Shown here: positions 40,201 to 55,200 of the stretch, piece after piece | How positions within the stretch are numbered: the stretch's first letter is position 1 | Layout of the letters: each line of letters starts with the position of its first letter | DNA from: Negaprion brevirostris | Lineage: Eukaryota | Length of the DNA: 60,137 nt | Direction of reading: 5' to 3' | NCBI GenBank assembly: GCA_030324005.1 | Contig: JARDVH010000073.1 | Span: 39,108,983 to 39,169,119 of the forward strand | Translations under genes and position numbers: made by a program | Notes under the pieces: generated by a model | Databases searched by the model: none | What the model was told of the DNA's origin: nothing | What the model saw: only the letters and a program-made list of their open reading frames with translations

Positions 40201-43200
40201 AAGTTATGGAGGAGTAATAGAAATACATGCAGTGACAACTGATGGCAGTGAGGAGACATTACGAATCAATTCAGACAGTAAAGTCTGCTTGCAGGATGGA
40301 ACCTGTGGTTTAAAAAAAGTTTAAAAATTGGCATGGTCTCTTTGCTCCTCACGTCATGAGATCATACTGGAACACTGCCAGTAGAAATGACGTACTGCAA
40401 TACTCAACTGGAAGAAAATATTTGTTACATCCAGAACAGTCTTACACCTTGTGCACATCAGAATAATTTCTGCAGCATCTACCTGACACATGTACATTGA
40501 AAACAATGTCTTTTCTCTTATGTTTTCTGCATCAACTATCACAGAAGGCATGGAATCTTTTCAGCACTTGTTATTGGATGAGTTAACAATATGAAGCATA
40601 ATGCCTAGTTGCAAACAACCTACACCATTATTAATTGAGCACTCCAAAACCACTGACTGCTGCATGCATGTTAAGGGCATTCTGTCATTAGAAACAGTCA
40701 CTGAAATAGAACATCTGCTTATACATGGATGCATCTGCCATATCCTGAACAATATCTGCTGAACATGAGCAGCAGCTAAGGAGCAATTTATCCAAACCTT
40801 CTGTGTTGCACATTGAGGCTTAGCTTGCACTGCATATAATGATAAATTAACTTACAATGAAAATGTTAATAAGCAAGATACAGAACATGCATCAGATCAT
40901 TTGCAATGAAGAAATGAATCACATGCAGTGACCTTGGCGCACAGAGTAATGAATTCACAAAAGAGCACACTGGGTAATATTATTGCACCTGGGTTAGTGA
41001 AGGTCCTGGAAAAGGTGGCAACTGCTCAGAGGGTGGAGTGAGAGCCTGTTTTAATTGTTGATCAAGACCTTCCGTGCTTAGCTGTTGCACCTACAAGTAA
41101 TGAATGGGAAGAGCAGTTGCATCAACCAAGGCTTAAGAGTGAATGGCTTAGCAAATATAGGTCTTCAAAGATATTCTCAGCTTACATCATATAAAGCAGC
41201 CTATCCCAATTTAGAGAAATAATTTAGCATTCTATAATAAAACCTAATATTCAAGTGAAACAAATTCAAATAAACAAAATCTTCACAAAATATATGCTCA
41301 TCTATAGTTTTGATAAATCACTATGCAGTACGTTCTGTATTTAATTACAAACTCCATTAATGATAAAAATCTTATGTTATATTGTGAACTTCTACAGGTA
41401 TATTACATTAAGAGTGGTTGAATTGGTCTTGATCATGATAAATCGTGCAAGTCACCTTGATCTAAACATACATGGGAGCTAAAATTTTAAACCTGAAGAT
41501 GGGAGTTTGATGATGGGATTGTTCATGAAAGAATCATACAGTGAATGAAGATCAGGCAATGAGACACTCTGCTTCTCATCCATTAGCTGACAATCAGTTT
41601 AATGGCATCGACAGCAGAGACTCCACAAAGGGAACTCTGGCCATCATGTGTTACAGAATGCTACATGGCACAAAGAAAAATGCATATGTGGATAAAAATT
41701 GAACTAGAGAATGAAAAGGGGAGAATAAAAAAAACAAGAGATTTGGTGCAAGTTGAACTCGTACTGCAGTCGAGTCCTGAATACTAAGTTTTAGTACTAA
41801 TTCACATCCAGAAAGAAACAATTATGCAAGCAGTTTTCTGGTTTTACAATCTCCTACTTAAACCATTAAATTATGCACTTAAGTTTCTTAAACTCCTGGT
41901 TAACTTACAGGTAATCTGCCAAGTGGTGGTTTTGCCGGTGGAGTGCCTGGCCGTCCTGCATTTGGAACAACATTGGTCAAGGAGACTGTATAACCGGCAG
42001 GAGTCAAAGGTTGTTGGACAGTTAAAGGGAGTCCTGTAGGGCCAAGAGGTAGACTGGAAGGAGGTACAACAGACCCTGTGGCAGTTACTGGGTAGGATGC
42101 AACAGTAACTGTTGAAGTTCCTGGGACAGCAGATATTTTTCCTGAAATGAGCAAACTATCAACTGTGGTAGATTCTGCAACCAAACCTATCTCTGAAGAT
42201 GCTGAAATGTGAGCACATCCTGCAGCACCATGTTCACTGAACAATGATCGAAGCTTTTCATCCAAAGTCTTGATATCATCAATGCCAGTTCCTTTGGTGT
42301 TCAAATCTATGTCCACTTCAGAGCAATGAACATGGGGTTGATTTGGAAGAAAAGCTGTTTGAGGCCGATTGTGAATCAGTGTTTGTTGAACAGAAGGAAT
42401 GCTGCAAACAAGCTGTGCAGGTCCTGTGCCAGGCACAGAGACCTGGGTAACCAGAGGCATAGAAATACCTACTGTCTGAGGTAGGGTGGCATTTTGTGCA
42501 GTAACTGTTTGAACCACAGGAGTCTGAGTGCCACAAACAGGTTGTAATAATGGTGGCGATGTAGAAACTGCCAGTGTCATACCATTACCACCCACCGGCT
42601 GGATTTCTGCTTGGGTTACATTAAACATATTCTCTTTTGGGCTCTGAAACAAGCTCAGTGAAGCTGAAGACTCTGCCAGGCTGATGACAGTGCCCCCATT
42701 AAGCTGTTGAGGGGCTTGCAAAATCACAGCTTCTTTGGAAGAAGGGGAAGCAGAATTTGAAGGTCCTATACCAATTGCAGCTCCTTCAATCAAACTTTGA
42801 ACCACATGCGATGTTAATGGTGGTGATATTGAGCTTGCAACTGAAACACTTGTGACAAGGCCAGTACTTAGTTGCTGACTTGGCAGGGAGGTCCAAGATG
42901 AAGACACACAATTTGGAACGCTAACATTGGTAGCAGGACCACTAACAGGCTGCTGAGCTGGCTGCGGGGTTGCAGGCAGCAATATGGAACTAGGGCCAAT
43001 CACACCAGCCGTGGATTCACTATTTAACAGCTCAGCTGGTTGCGATTGAATATTCTGCATCTTGGCTTGAGATACAGAACTAGCTGTTATGAGACTAGCT
43101 GGTGCTGAGGATGACACTGCCGTTTGTGTATGAATTCCTTGTCCAATACTGGTCATTTCTGGATGTACTATAGTAAACGGTGCCATAGTTTGATTGAAGA

Positions 43201-46200
43201 CTGGAGGAGCAGTATTAGGACCTTCTTGAAATGCTTTGTGCTTTAAATCTGAAAAGGCTTGCTGCAAACTCACTGAGGAAGCTGAATGTGAAAGGTTTAG
43301 ATTGTGACTATGGGAAACTGTAAAAGAACAAAAAGATTTCAATTAGAATAAATGGTACTTGAAAAAAAACTTAGTGAATTATCCATAATGGTATGATATT
43401 TAATATACAACATGTAAACAGATAATCGTAAAATAGTCTTTTTTTATATTAAACACTGGCCACTTTATCCACTACTGCTTCTTCTTGTGGAGGCAAATCA
43501 CACCTAATGTGGTTGAAATTTTTGAGCATATCTTTAATGTGATTGAGAAAGTTTAGCTCAACTTCCACGCTTTTGTATGCTATTCCTCTGTAATAAAGCC
43601 AAGGATCCCATCTGCTCTAAATTTTTCCTCTCACCTTAAAGATCTATATACATCTACTCATAGGTCTCTGTTCCTGCGCTCGGTTTAAAACTGAACAATT
43701 TAGTTCATTTTACCTCTCCTCATTTTTCCTGATACATTTCATATGTGTGCCTATTTCATCTCTCTATATCTCATTATTCACCTCACTGCCCACTACATAT
43801 TCAAATTTCTCATCATCTGCAAACTACGAAGTACCATTGTGCTCTGTATATTCAAGTCCAGGTGCTCTCAAAAAATACTGATTCTTACAGAATACACAGC
43901 ATACTTCCCTCCTATCTTAAGAACAAAATTCTGCANNNNNNNNNNNNNNNNNNNNNNNATATCCAAACTATCACTCTTAATTCCATGAACTTAAGCTTTA
44001 CTAACTAGTCTATTATGTGGCAATTACTTAAACACCTTTTCAAAGTCTGGATACACAATCAATCACATTACCTTTGTCAATCCTCTGTTACTGCAGAGAA
44101 GAACAATTATCAAACACTATATTTAATAAAAAAAAGAGTGCTTTCATTTATTAAATGTTTTCTAAATGTTTCTAAATGTTAATTAACTTTATCCTGCAAG
44201 TTGGCCTCAAGTTGACTGAAATAGAGCCTCTCCCACCCCCTGCTATTTCCTCTAGCGTTAAAGTTTGAGGAATATCATTCAAGGGCCACGCCAGGTCAAG
44301 TTTCATACAAAGTAGTCGAAGTCTTGAACTCTTCACTGTGAAACTGAACTCATTTTTTGCCATCTTTACCCTCTGCTTCTTTGGTTACACTTAAAATGTT
44401 CATGTGTTCTTACATTTATCCCAGTGAACACCTTCCTCCCTTCAGTATATACAGGGAATTTTCCTCTTCATTTATTCACTCAAGGTCACTTTTGCTTAAT
44501 CTGATCATTGTAATTTTACTTGTGTACCTTGAATGTACAGCATTACTCTTTTGATCATCTATCAAAGTAATTCTAAACAAGTTTCCATATCCACTCATTT
44601 TAGTTGTCCTAGCTTCATCAAATTTAATCCATTTAAGTTATAAGCCTATCCCTGGCTTTCGGAATGTCAGACTCCCAGGTCATGCCATTCTATGGTTGCT
44701 ATCCCCCCCCCCCCCAGGGATGCAATGATTTCCAGTTCTAGTACTTTGCCCGGGTGTTAAACAACAAAGTCAAATTGAGATTTGTGGCTTTTTGGTGCAT
44801 TGCATCATGAAGCAATCATGCATGTGTTTTTATTAACTTCATTTCTAAACCTGCTGATTTTTCTCAATATATATTTAGTTGATGAAATTCAATCATTAAA
44901 AATAAATTTTCTATTATTCCATAATATGCCCTTTATCTCCACAGAGCAGAGTCTCTCCTCATACTTACCTCATTGCATGCAATAGTGTTAACTTGCAGTA
45001 TAGTCTTTACCCTCACACAATCATTTCATTTACCTCCCAGGTGTTTCTGGCAGAAAAGCAAAACTAGCTATTTTCCTTTTTGGACCACTATATTCCTGAG
45101 TCAATTCTCTGAATTTAGCCCCGATATTTGCACCAAATCATAACTCCTTTCTACCACAAGCACCGACAGTTCTGCCACCTTATTTCGAACACTTCCATTT
45201 ACAACCTCAAGTTTTGTCTTTTTCATTGTTCTCTGGTTCATGTACATCTCTCCAGTTATTTGCATCCAAATTCACGTGTTGACCACTTTTCACCCAAAGA
45301 TCCATCACATTATGGATTTTGTATTCTCCCTCTAATCGTCTTGAACTCCATTTTAGTCCAGCCCATTTCCTTTAAACCATTCCTTTCTAAAAAAAGTTTT
45401 GCTAGTTGTTTACAAATGCAGTATTGTTTTCTTCACATCAGATTGCAAATCATTATTGGCTTGGTGAATGCCTCTTCTTTCCAAAACATAGTTATAACAA
45501 AGAACATTAAATTAAATCNNNNNNNNNNNNNNNNNNNNNNNNNNNNNNNNNNNCTTTTAGGGTCCGAATATTTCGAGCTATTCGCCCTATATTAAGTAAC
45601 GTGGCTGGATTCCTATCGCCTCCTTCAGTTTTCTTTTCAACTGTTGATCATTATTGATTTCTGTAGCTCCAGATTGAAAAGGTACTATTTTGTAGATATC
45701 ATCTTTATTTATTGTCATTTATGCTTTTCATTTGCCTGAACAAAGATACCCTTACAATTTTCTACAACTTGCAAACAGCATCAACTGCAAACATTTTGGG
45801 TTTTTAAGCCATTTTCAGAGATCTTGATTCTGTTTACATCAATGGACAATGCTCAGTATGTTAGTTACTGTAATTTATTGGACAGCTTTAATTCAAATGG
45901 ACATTTTAGAAGAAATAAAAATAATGAAAGCTTAGGAAGCAGTTAAAAGTTTTGTACTGATCTCCCAGAAAGGATATTATTCCCCCTCCTCAATATTCAG
46001 CTTCAGAGGAAAATGGTGCATGATCTTTAGGTATTCGACTATAATTTTGTGTTCAATAAAAGCAAACTGAAAAGTTGTAGTGACTTCATCTCAAAATAAT
46101 TTGAGGCCATACTCTATCAAGCAATATTAGAGGGGATATATTCCAATCCACATCTCAAACACCATACCTGTTGGAATTTCTTTAATTGAAGTGACACCCA

Positions 46201-49200
46201 CACTGAAAGTCGGTTCTCGTAATCGGCTCTCAGGGACAGGACTCACAATAAACCGTCTTCCAGCAGAATGGACAACCTGTGTTGCAGAGCCTGCCTGTGT
46301 ACCTACTCAACAATAAATAAAGAATGAATGCGATTTCAGAACAATTCCATCACTTTGCATTAACAATCATCTTTTTGGCATCAGTCCTCCAATCACCATT
46401 AAGCATTCTGTTGTGAAATCCAAGTTCTCAAAAATAAGCATGCATGACTGCATTTTATGCACTGCTTTAAGATTTAACAGCAACAATGAATTGTATTTTA
46501 AGGTGTAATTTTTTTTTGATCAATTGAGATTCTAGCCAATATCAGCATTGATCTGCTGTTAAGCCACGGTTGCACAATAACTTTTTGTGGACGAGGTGGA
46601 GAGGAAGAGAGAAATGTAGGACAGAGAATAAAGGGAAAAGCTTAATTAAGAATTTAACTTAGAAGCAAGCAACGCACTTTGCTAAATGCCTGTACGGTAA
46701 AATAAGAGGTGAAATCATGACGATATCACTCCGACTCAGGTGACATAAAAGCACCATCAGTTGATACGCTTAAGATTAGTTTTCAAATTGTGTTTTTTTT
46801 TAAATAGACGTTAACATATACTATGACGATCTTGAGAGCAGTTTAGTTCTGACCCACTGGGAAACTTTATTTTATACCAACAGCAATGATAAATGATGAC
46901 AACCAATTAATGGAAGATTATGCCCAGCTTGAACAATTATAATTACCACAAATTTATCAAGGTGATTTGATATTTTAAAAGACCCTTGCAAACAAGAAAC
47001 AATTCACTTACCAGACTGAATGGGTGCTGATATTAGAGGTTCCTCTTGTTTGTACTTGTCCTCTGCTTTCTAAACAGAAAATATATTACGTATCAGTAAG
47101 ACAGCATTTGTTTGATGAATAATTAGTAATGCTCTTTTACACAAGGCACACGCCATGAGCCACTATTGCCAGTAGGCAGGACAGAGGAATTACAAACATA
47201 ATGGGTCAAAAGAGGCTAGCAATATATTGGGACTAATGAGAGTACAAAGTATGATAAGCTCAACAAGCCAAACTTATTTGGACCATATTTTACTGTGGCT
47301 AAAAGAAGTCAGAGGCTGANNNNNNNNNNAGTAACTCACCTTCTAACTGCCCAAAGTCTGTCCACTATCTACAAGGCACATGTCAGGTGCATAATGAAAT
47401 ACTCAACGTTCTTAATTTGGCTGTTTCCCCAATTAACTATTCTTACTGTATTCTGAGCTGGTCCTTTTCCCTTTTCCATACTATCACAACTTACAGGTTG
47501 ACTATGACCACTAGATGTTCCCCTACTAACATTCAATTCACTGGACACACCTCATTCTCCAGAACCAACTTCATTTGTCTGGAAGCATACTGATATTGAA
47601 AATTCTCCTGAACACACTCTACAAACTCTTCCTCTGTCTTTTCACACTATTAAAAACTATTTTTCTTGTTTTGTTACATATATGTCCCAGGTCACTAGAA
47701 ACCAGAAAACTGAACTGTATTCTGATAAATAAAAGCAAAATACCGCAGGTGCTTAAAATCGGAAATAAAAACAGAAAATGCTGGCTAACTCTGTTGATGC
47801 TTTGGATGATCCTTCTTCAAAATGTTAATTCTGTTTCTCTCCACAGATGCTGCCAGATCTGCTGAGATTATCCCAATAAACACATAGTCACAGTCATATC
47901 ATTTACAGCAAAATGGTTGATTCTTCCTTGCTTAATTAGAGGATGATGTGGAGATGCCGGCATTGGGCTGGGGTAAACATAGTAAGAAGTTTCACAACAC
48001 CAGGTTAAAGTCCAACAGGTCAACCATGCAGACACTACAACAATAGATGAATGAATACCGCTCGACAATCACCAGGCAAGACTGCTCTCTTCCTGTTGGG
48101 GAATACTTCAGCAGTCACGTGCATTCAGCCTCTGCTCTTCAAGTAAGCGTTCTCCAAGGTGGCCTTCACGACACACGGCAGCGCAGTTTGATAGCCAAGT
48201 TCCGCACACGAGGATGGCTTCAACCGGGATCTTGGGTTCAATTCACACTATCCATAACCCCCACGGCTTGCATAATCTCTAACTGTCCTGGCTGGAGACA
48301 ATACACGTCTCTTTAATCTGTGCTTAACCCTCTCTCCACTCACACTGTCTGTACCTTTAAGACTTGATTACCTGTAAAGGCTTACATTCCAACCATTATT
48401 TTGTAAATTGAGTTTGTGTCTTTTATGCCCTGTTTGTGAACTGAAATCCCACTCACCTGTTGAAGGAGCAGAGCTTCGAAAGCTAATGGCTTTTGCTACC
48501 AAATAAACCTGTTGGACTTAACCTGGTGTTGTGAGATTTCTTACTGTTTAGAGGCAGGCAGAAAATACCCACTATTGGAACTTCAACACAATTTTATTGT
48601 GTGGCTCCAAAAAAAAGAACTACATCAATTTGCCATACATCTATGGCCAATTTGCCACATGTGCAAGTGTGTTAGTGATCTACAAGATGCACTGCACTAT
48701 TTTGCCAAGGTTACGTCAACAGCACTTTCCAAACCCACAATCTCTACCACCTAGGACAAGGGCTGCAGCTGTATTGGAACATCAAGTGCACGTTCTCCTC
48801 CAAGTCACTCACCGTGTTGAAATTATATCACTATATCTTCAATGCTGCTGAGTCAAAATCTTGAACTCCTTCCCGAACAGCATTGTTAGTGTACCTGCAC
48901 GTGGACTGCAGTGGTTCAAGAAGATGGCTCATTATCACCATATGTTCAAGGGTATTTAGGGGCAGACAATAAATCCTGGCCTTATCAGTGACAGTTACAA
49001 CCAAGAATGAATAAAAACAGAGTTCAACAATCAACAATGCCAGACAGCAGAATTAACGAGAGACAGAATAGGAAATAGAAAGCAGGAACGCAAACATCTA
49101 AAAAAAGTGCTTTGAATGAACTGAAGTTTAAAAGTAGAATCACAGGCAAATTACAGCCCACGAGTCAATTCAGCCCATTGTGCCCGTATTGGTCAACTCC

Positions 49201-52200
49201 AGTAACACTTTATTTTACTGGAAGCAAACTGATATACCATTCCCCACCTATTCCCGGTAGCCCTGCACATTTTTTGTTTTCAGATAATCAACTTCATTTT
49301 GAATGCGTCATTGGAACCTACCCCACTCACAGGTAATTGGAACCTAAATACTCACTGCATAAAAAGTTTTGTTGCTATTGTTTCTTTTGCCAATAACTTA
49401 AATCTACACCCAATCTTTCACCAATGGAAACAGTTTCTCCCCATTTATTCTGTTCAGATCCCTAATGATACTCCAATCAAATCTCTTCCTAGCCTAATTT
49501 TCTCCAAGCAGAACATCTCAGCTTCTCCAATATTTGTAGCTGAAGTACCTCAATCCCTAGAATTATTCCTGCAAAATCTTTTCTGGAAACTCACGCGTCC
49601 TGAAAAGTGGTGCTAGAACTGGATGGAATTATTCCAGTTGAGGCTGAACCAGTCTTTTATACAGGTTTAACACAACTTCTTTGCTTTTGAAGTCTATAAT
49701 CTTTTTTATAAATCTCAGGTTGTTTTATTAATTGCTCTCTCAATCAATCCTGCCACCTGCAATGACTTTTGCACATGTGCACCCAGATACTCTGTTCCTG
49801 TACACCCTTAAGAATTTAACTACTTAATTTATATTGCCTCTGCATTGTTTGTAAAATTAATCATATTTCTCTATATTAAGTTTAATCTGTCACTTGTCTC
49901 ACCCCATTCCATCAACCTAAGTTCTTTTGAAGCTTTACCCTATCCTCCTCTCAGTTTATAAGACCCCAGCCTTATCATCATCAGCAAATTTTGAAATTGT
50001 GCTCTTCTTCCCAAGATCTAAATCATTAACATTATCAAAAGGTGCACGAGTCTTAACACTGATCCCATGGGAACTCAACTATAAACCTTCCTCCAGTCAA
50101 AACAACCCTTCACCACTATATTAGTTTGCTGCACTCAGCAAAATTTTTATCCATGTTGCTACTGTCCCTTTTATTCTGAGTAATAACTTTGCTCACAAGT
50201 CTGTTGTGCGACACTATCAACTGTCTTTTGGGGGTCTATATACACTACATCAAAGGCATTAACCTCATCAGCCCTCTCTGCTACCTTTTCAAAAAGCTGC
50301 AGCAACTTAGTTAAACACAATTCTCCCTCAACAATTCATACTCGCTTTCCTTAATTAAAATCACATTTGCCCATGTCACGAAAAATTTTGTCCCAAATAA
50401 TTTTAAAAAATCTTTCCAGCCACAAAGGTAAGCCATCTGGTTAATTGCTGGTCTTATCTTTACATCTTTTTCTGAACAAAAAGGTATAACATTTGCAATT
50501 CTCCAGTCCTCTGGCACTAAATGAGTCAAAGGAAGTTTGGAAAATTATGGCCAGCACCTCAGCAATTTCTACACGCATCTCCAAGTGCCCTTGGATGCAT
50601 CTCAGTCAGTCCTGGAGTCTGATCAACTTCAGGTACAGCCAGCCAATCCAATCCTTCCTTGTCAATTTAAATCAAACCAACCAGATATCTGAATTACCTC
50701 CTCTAACCATAGACTCAGCAGCACTTACTTCTTTGGTAAAGACAGCTACAAAATATTAATTTAATATCTCAGCCATGCCCCTTGCCTCTATGCATAAATC
50801 CTATTTTTGGCTCCTAACCCAGCCCACTCCACATTTTATCATTCTTTTACGACTTCTATGCCTAAAGACAAGTTTTGGGTTCCATTTTATATTAGATACC
50901 AGTCTCTTCTTACACCTTCTCTTTCCTTCTTATTTACTTCTTCAATTCCCCTCTACACATTCCATATTCAGCCTGGTTCTTAATTGTATCATCCACCTGA
51001 CAACTGCAATAACATACTTCCTGCTTAATCTTAATTTCCAACTCTTTCATTGTCCAGGAACTCTGGAGATGTTTGCCTTAACTTTCACAGGAATATACTT
51101 TGACTGTAATCAAACAATTGCTTCTTTAAAGGTAGATCATTGTTCAGTCAGCTACTTACGACAAAGATATGAACATCATTGAGCAACTATTCTGAAATCT
51201 GATCCATGAAGCCAAATTTCAACATGCAAGTATAGAACATTGGAATTGGAAATGTGGACACAGGAATTATCATGGTAAAAAAAAGTTGATATTAATGGAC
51301 TACAACAACAGAAAGTAGGGGAGTATGACTGTCACTAAAGAGGAGTTTCCTCAAATTAGAGATGTTGAAAATAGTATGAAATTTTGATGCACGAGTTAAA
51401 TTCCCAAGAACAAACCAGTTGTTCAGAAAGCAGATTTAGATATTTAGTTGGAAAATTAAATGAAACAGGTAACATAATTGCATACTTAGCATTTTCTACA
51501 GATATACTGACTGAGCTGAAGCAGGCAATAAACTGCCCATGACTTCCATCCCAAAAAGATTGAAAGCTGATACTTTGATTAGCAGTCGAACTGGTCACTT
51601 CTTAGAAGTGCAAGCTGGGAGCGGTACAAACAGTACACATTTACTTTCCTCTTCTTGGATAGAAAGTGTGTGTTTTAGAGCTAGTTTGCGTTTGGAGTTA
51701 CAACAGCAAGCACAATAGAGAAATTATTATTTGAATGCCAGGATAACAAGTAACTTTTTAAAAAAATTCTTCATGGATGTGAGCGTTTCTGGAAAGATCA
51801 ACATTTGTTACCTGTCTCTAATAGCCCCTAAAGAGGTGGTGAGCGATCTACTTGAACCATTGCAGATAATGTGGTGTTAATGCACCCACAGAGCTTTTAC
51901 AGAGGAAGTTCCACAATTTTGACCTAACAATAGTGAAGGATTAGTGGGATAGTTCCAAATCAGGATGGTGTGGGTTTTGGAAAGGAATTTGCAAGTTATA
52001 GTGTTCCCATTTGCCTGCTGCCTTGTTCTTCCAGATGGTAGAAATTGAGAGTTTGGCAGGCTCTACCGAAGGAGGCTTGGCAACTTAGTTTCAGTACATC
52101 TTTTTATGGTACATTCTGTTGTCACTGTACACTGGTGGTAGAGTGAGCGATGCTTCACATAGCGGATGAGGTGGCAATCATGCTGTCTGCAGTATCCTCA

Positions 52201-55200
52201 AGTTCTTGGGAATATTGCGAAGAATATTCCATCATACTCCTGACTTGTAGCATGTAGATGGTGGACAAGCTTTGTGGGTTCAGAAAGTGAGTTACTTCCC
52301 ACTGAATTACCAACCTCTGACCTGCTGCTGTAGCCATTAGATTTAAATTGCTGGTCAAGTTTCTGCTCAATAGTAACTTCCTAAGGTGTTGATGATAGGG
52401 AATTCAATAATGGTAATGTCAATGAGTGTCAAGTGAATGTGGCTAAATTTTCTCTTGTTGGAAATATGTCACAAATATTGCTTCCCACTTGTTAGCCCAG
52501 GCCTGAATGTCACCTAGGCCTTGTTGTATGCACACATTTGCGAATGGTACCGAATACTGTACCATTCATGGCTATCCCTACTTCTGACCTTATCATGGAG
52601 GGAAGGTCATTGACAAAGCAGCTAAAAGGTGCATGTGCTAATGCACCTAAGGCACTAACCCTCAGGAACACCTGCAGTGACGTCCTGGACCTGAGATGAC
52701 TAAGAAATATAAGTCAATATCAATGACAAAAGTTAAATAATTAATGTTTTTGATATTATGAAAAGCGACTGGAAAGATTTTTTTTAAATTTAAAAACAGC
52801 ATTTTGCTGAGTCACATTTTATTTACAATAAGCACGTTTGCTAACTTTCTGAGGAGGCGGGGGAAGAATGGAAGAGAGATTGGGAAGTGCAATCAGGGTG
52901 AAGAGCAAAATCATGAAAATAAAGGCAAATATGGGAAGAGTTCAAGCAAGATCATTCAGCAGATCTCTCACTGCTGCCTTTTTGAAAGGCCTGTCCAATT
53001 AGTTCCACAAGCTTTTCACAGCTTTGCAAATTTCTCCTGCTCAACCTTGCATCCAATTTTCTTTTGAAAGTTACAACAGAATCTGTTTCCACCATCCATT
53101 CCTGTTCACAGCTCGTGGAATAAAAAAACTCATCTCCCTTCTGGTTCTTCTGTCAATTATCACAAATCTATCTTTACCAATCTATTCAGTCACTAACTTA
53201 CCATACCTATTTTTAACACCGCCAATTTCACCTTCCCATAATCATCTCTGTCCTAGGAAGTACAATCCTGGTTTCTCCAGTTTCCCCACATAAATGCAGT
53301 CCATCATCCATGTGTGACTGCCTATAAAACGGTTTTATGTGGAGGTTGCAACCCCTTTAACCTTGAAAAACAATTCCTGGCTTTCAGTCAATGATTATGT
53401 GACCAAGCTGTCTGGGAGAGAATTATAGGGGTAAATAGGTTCTGGATGTGCTTCTGCTTCAAGCAGTCTTTTTGAAGTTTGAAACAATCTAGCTGAAGAA
53501 CAGGAGAACCCATTTGAAATTCTTAACTAAAAGAATTCAAAACTTTTGTTAATCAAAGGATTCTTAGCAGTCAGTTGTACATCTAGGGATAGCCAAGCTG
53601 GGGAGTGAGTTTGAGATACAAGACTCCAGCATTATAAAATACAAGAACCAGAAAAATTCCTACCCCAGAAGACTACACTGAATATATTAGTGATGCCAGT
53701 GTTGAACTAGGAGTCTGCAATCATGGAACAGTTGGAGGAGATTTCATGGAAGAACCTGGCCAAAAGTAAGCGGAAAGACCTAGAAATCTCAGCCCTTATA
53801 TAAATCTTTGAAACACTTGGACCAAGTGGTTAATTTCAGTTATGTTTTTGACTTGTGTTTTCTGGGAGCATAAGTCAGATGGACAGGGAAGGAAAGTTGA
53901 ATTAAGAGAACATAAGAAGTAGGAACAGGAGTAGGCCATCTAGCCTTTCGGGTGTGCCCCGCCATTCAATAAGATCATGGCTGATCTGAAGTGGCTCAGT
54001 TCCGCTTTCTCCCCATAACCCTTAATTCCCCTGTCTACCAAAAACCTATCTACCCATGTCTTAAATATATTTAGCGAGGTAGCCTCCACCACTTCAACGG
54101 GCAGAGAATTCNNNNNNNNNNNNNNNNNNNNNNNNNNNNNNNNNNNNNNNNNNNNNNNNNNNNNNNNNNNNNNNNNNNNNNNNNNNNNNNNNNNNNNNNN
54201 NNNNNNNNNNNNNNNNNNNNNNNNNNNNNNNNNNNNNNNNNNNNNNNNNNNNNNNNNNNNNNNNNNNNNNNNNNNNNNNNNNNNNNNNNNNNNNNNNNNN
54301 NNNNNNNNNNNNNNNNNNNNNNNNNNNNNNNNNNNNNNNNNNNNNNNNNNNNNNNNNNNNNNNNNNNNNNNNNNNNNNNNNNNNNNNNNNNNNNNNNNNN
54401 NNNNNNNNNNNNNNNNNNNNNNNNNNNNNNNNNNNNNNNNNNNNNNNNNNNNNNNNNNNNNNNNNNNNNNNNNNNNNNNNNNNNNNNNNNNNNNNNNNNN
54501 NNNNNNNNNNNNNNNNNNNNNNNNNNNNNNNNNNNTATACTTTCACAAGTGTCGACTTTCTTCCTTCAGATGGAAAATGTTTTGCTTTTGGTCATACTTG
54601 TTTTAAACTTTGTCCTTTGTTTTTAAACTCTTGCTGAAACCAGTTTTTAACCACTTCTCTATTTTGTTTTCTTTACCTTATTTAACCTTAAATAGACTAG
54701 ATTCAAATTCATACATCTGACTGAGAATCAGCACTGTCCAACAATACTTTAATCTAGGTTACAGAAACACGCAGTTACTTGTTCTGTTCACACACGACTG
54801 AGATGCCTTGTAAAGGGCACTGTGCTTTTTGAGAATGTCAGAAATCAAAATGTAGGTCAACTGTACTGTTTGTTAACCATCGACCTAAATTCTAGTAGAA
54901 TATGCAAGTGACTTAAAGAGTGAGATGGGAAGAGGGCAAGGGAAATATAGACAGACAAAGAATGCAACGCAGTTTGTGGAATCTGAACAAATCATTTACG
55001 TAAAATCGAAGGAAAATGGTTGCTCGTTCCTTTCTTGCATAAGTTCCAACAACAGAAGTCATGACTACTCATGATGGAGAATTTGGTGTGAATAGAAACA
55101 GAATCAGTGCAGGAGGCAGTCATTCAGCCCACTGAGTCTGCACCGACCACAATCCCATCCAGGCCCAATTCCTATAACCCCACATATTTACCCTGCTGAT

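Noticed and set aside
53310-54770. Possible solo LTR (TG...CA) interrupted by a CR1 and a gap
   Set aside because: No second LTR, primer-binding site, polypurine tract or target-site duplication could be identified
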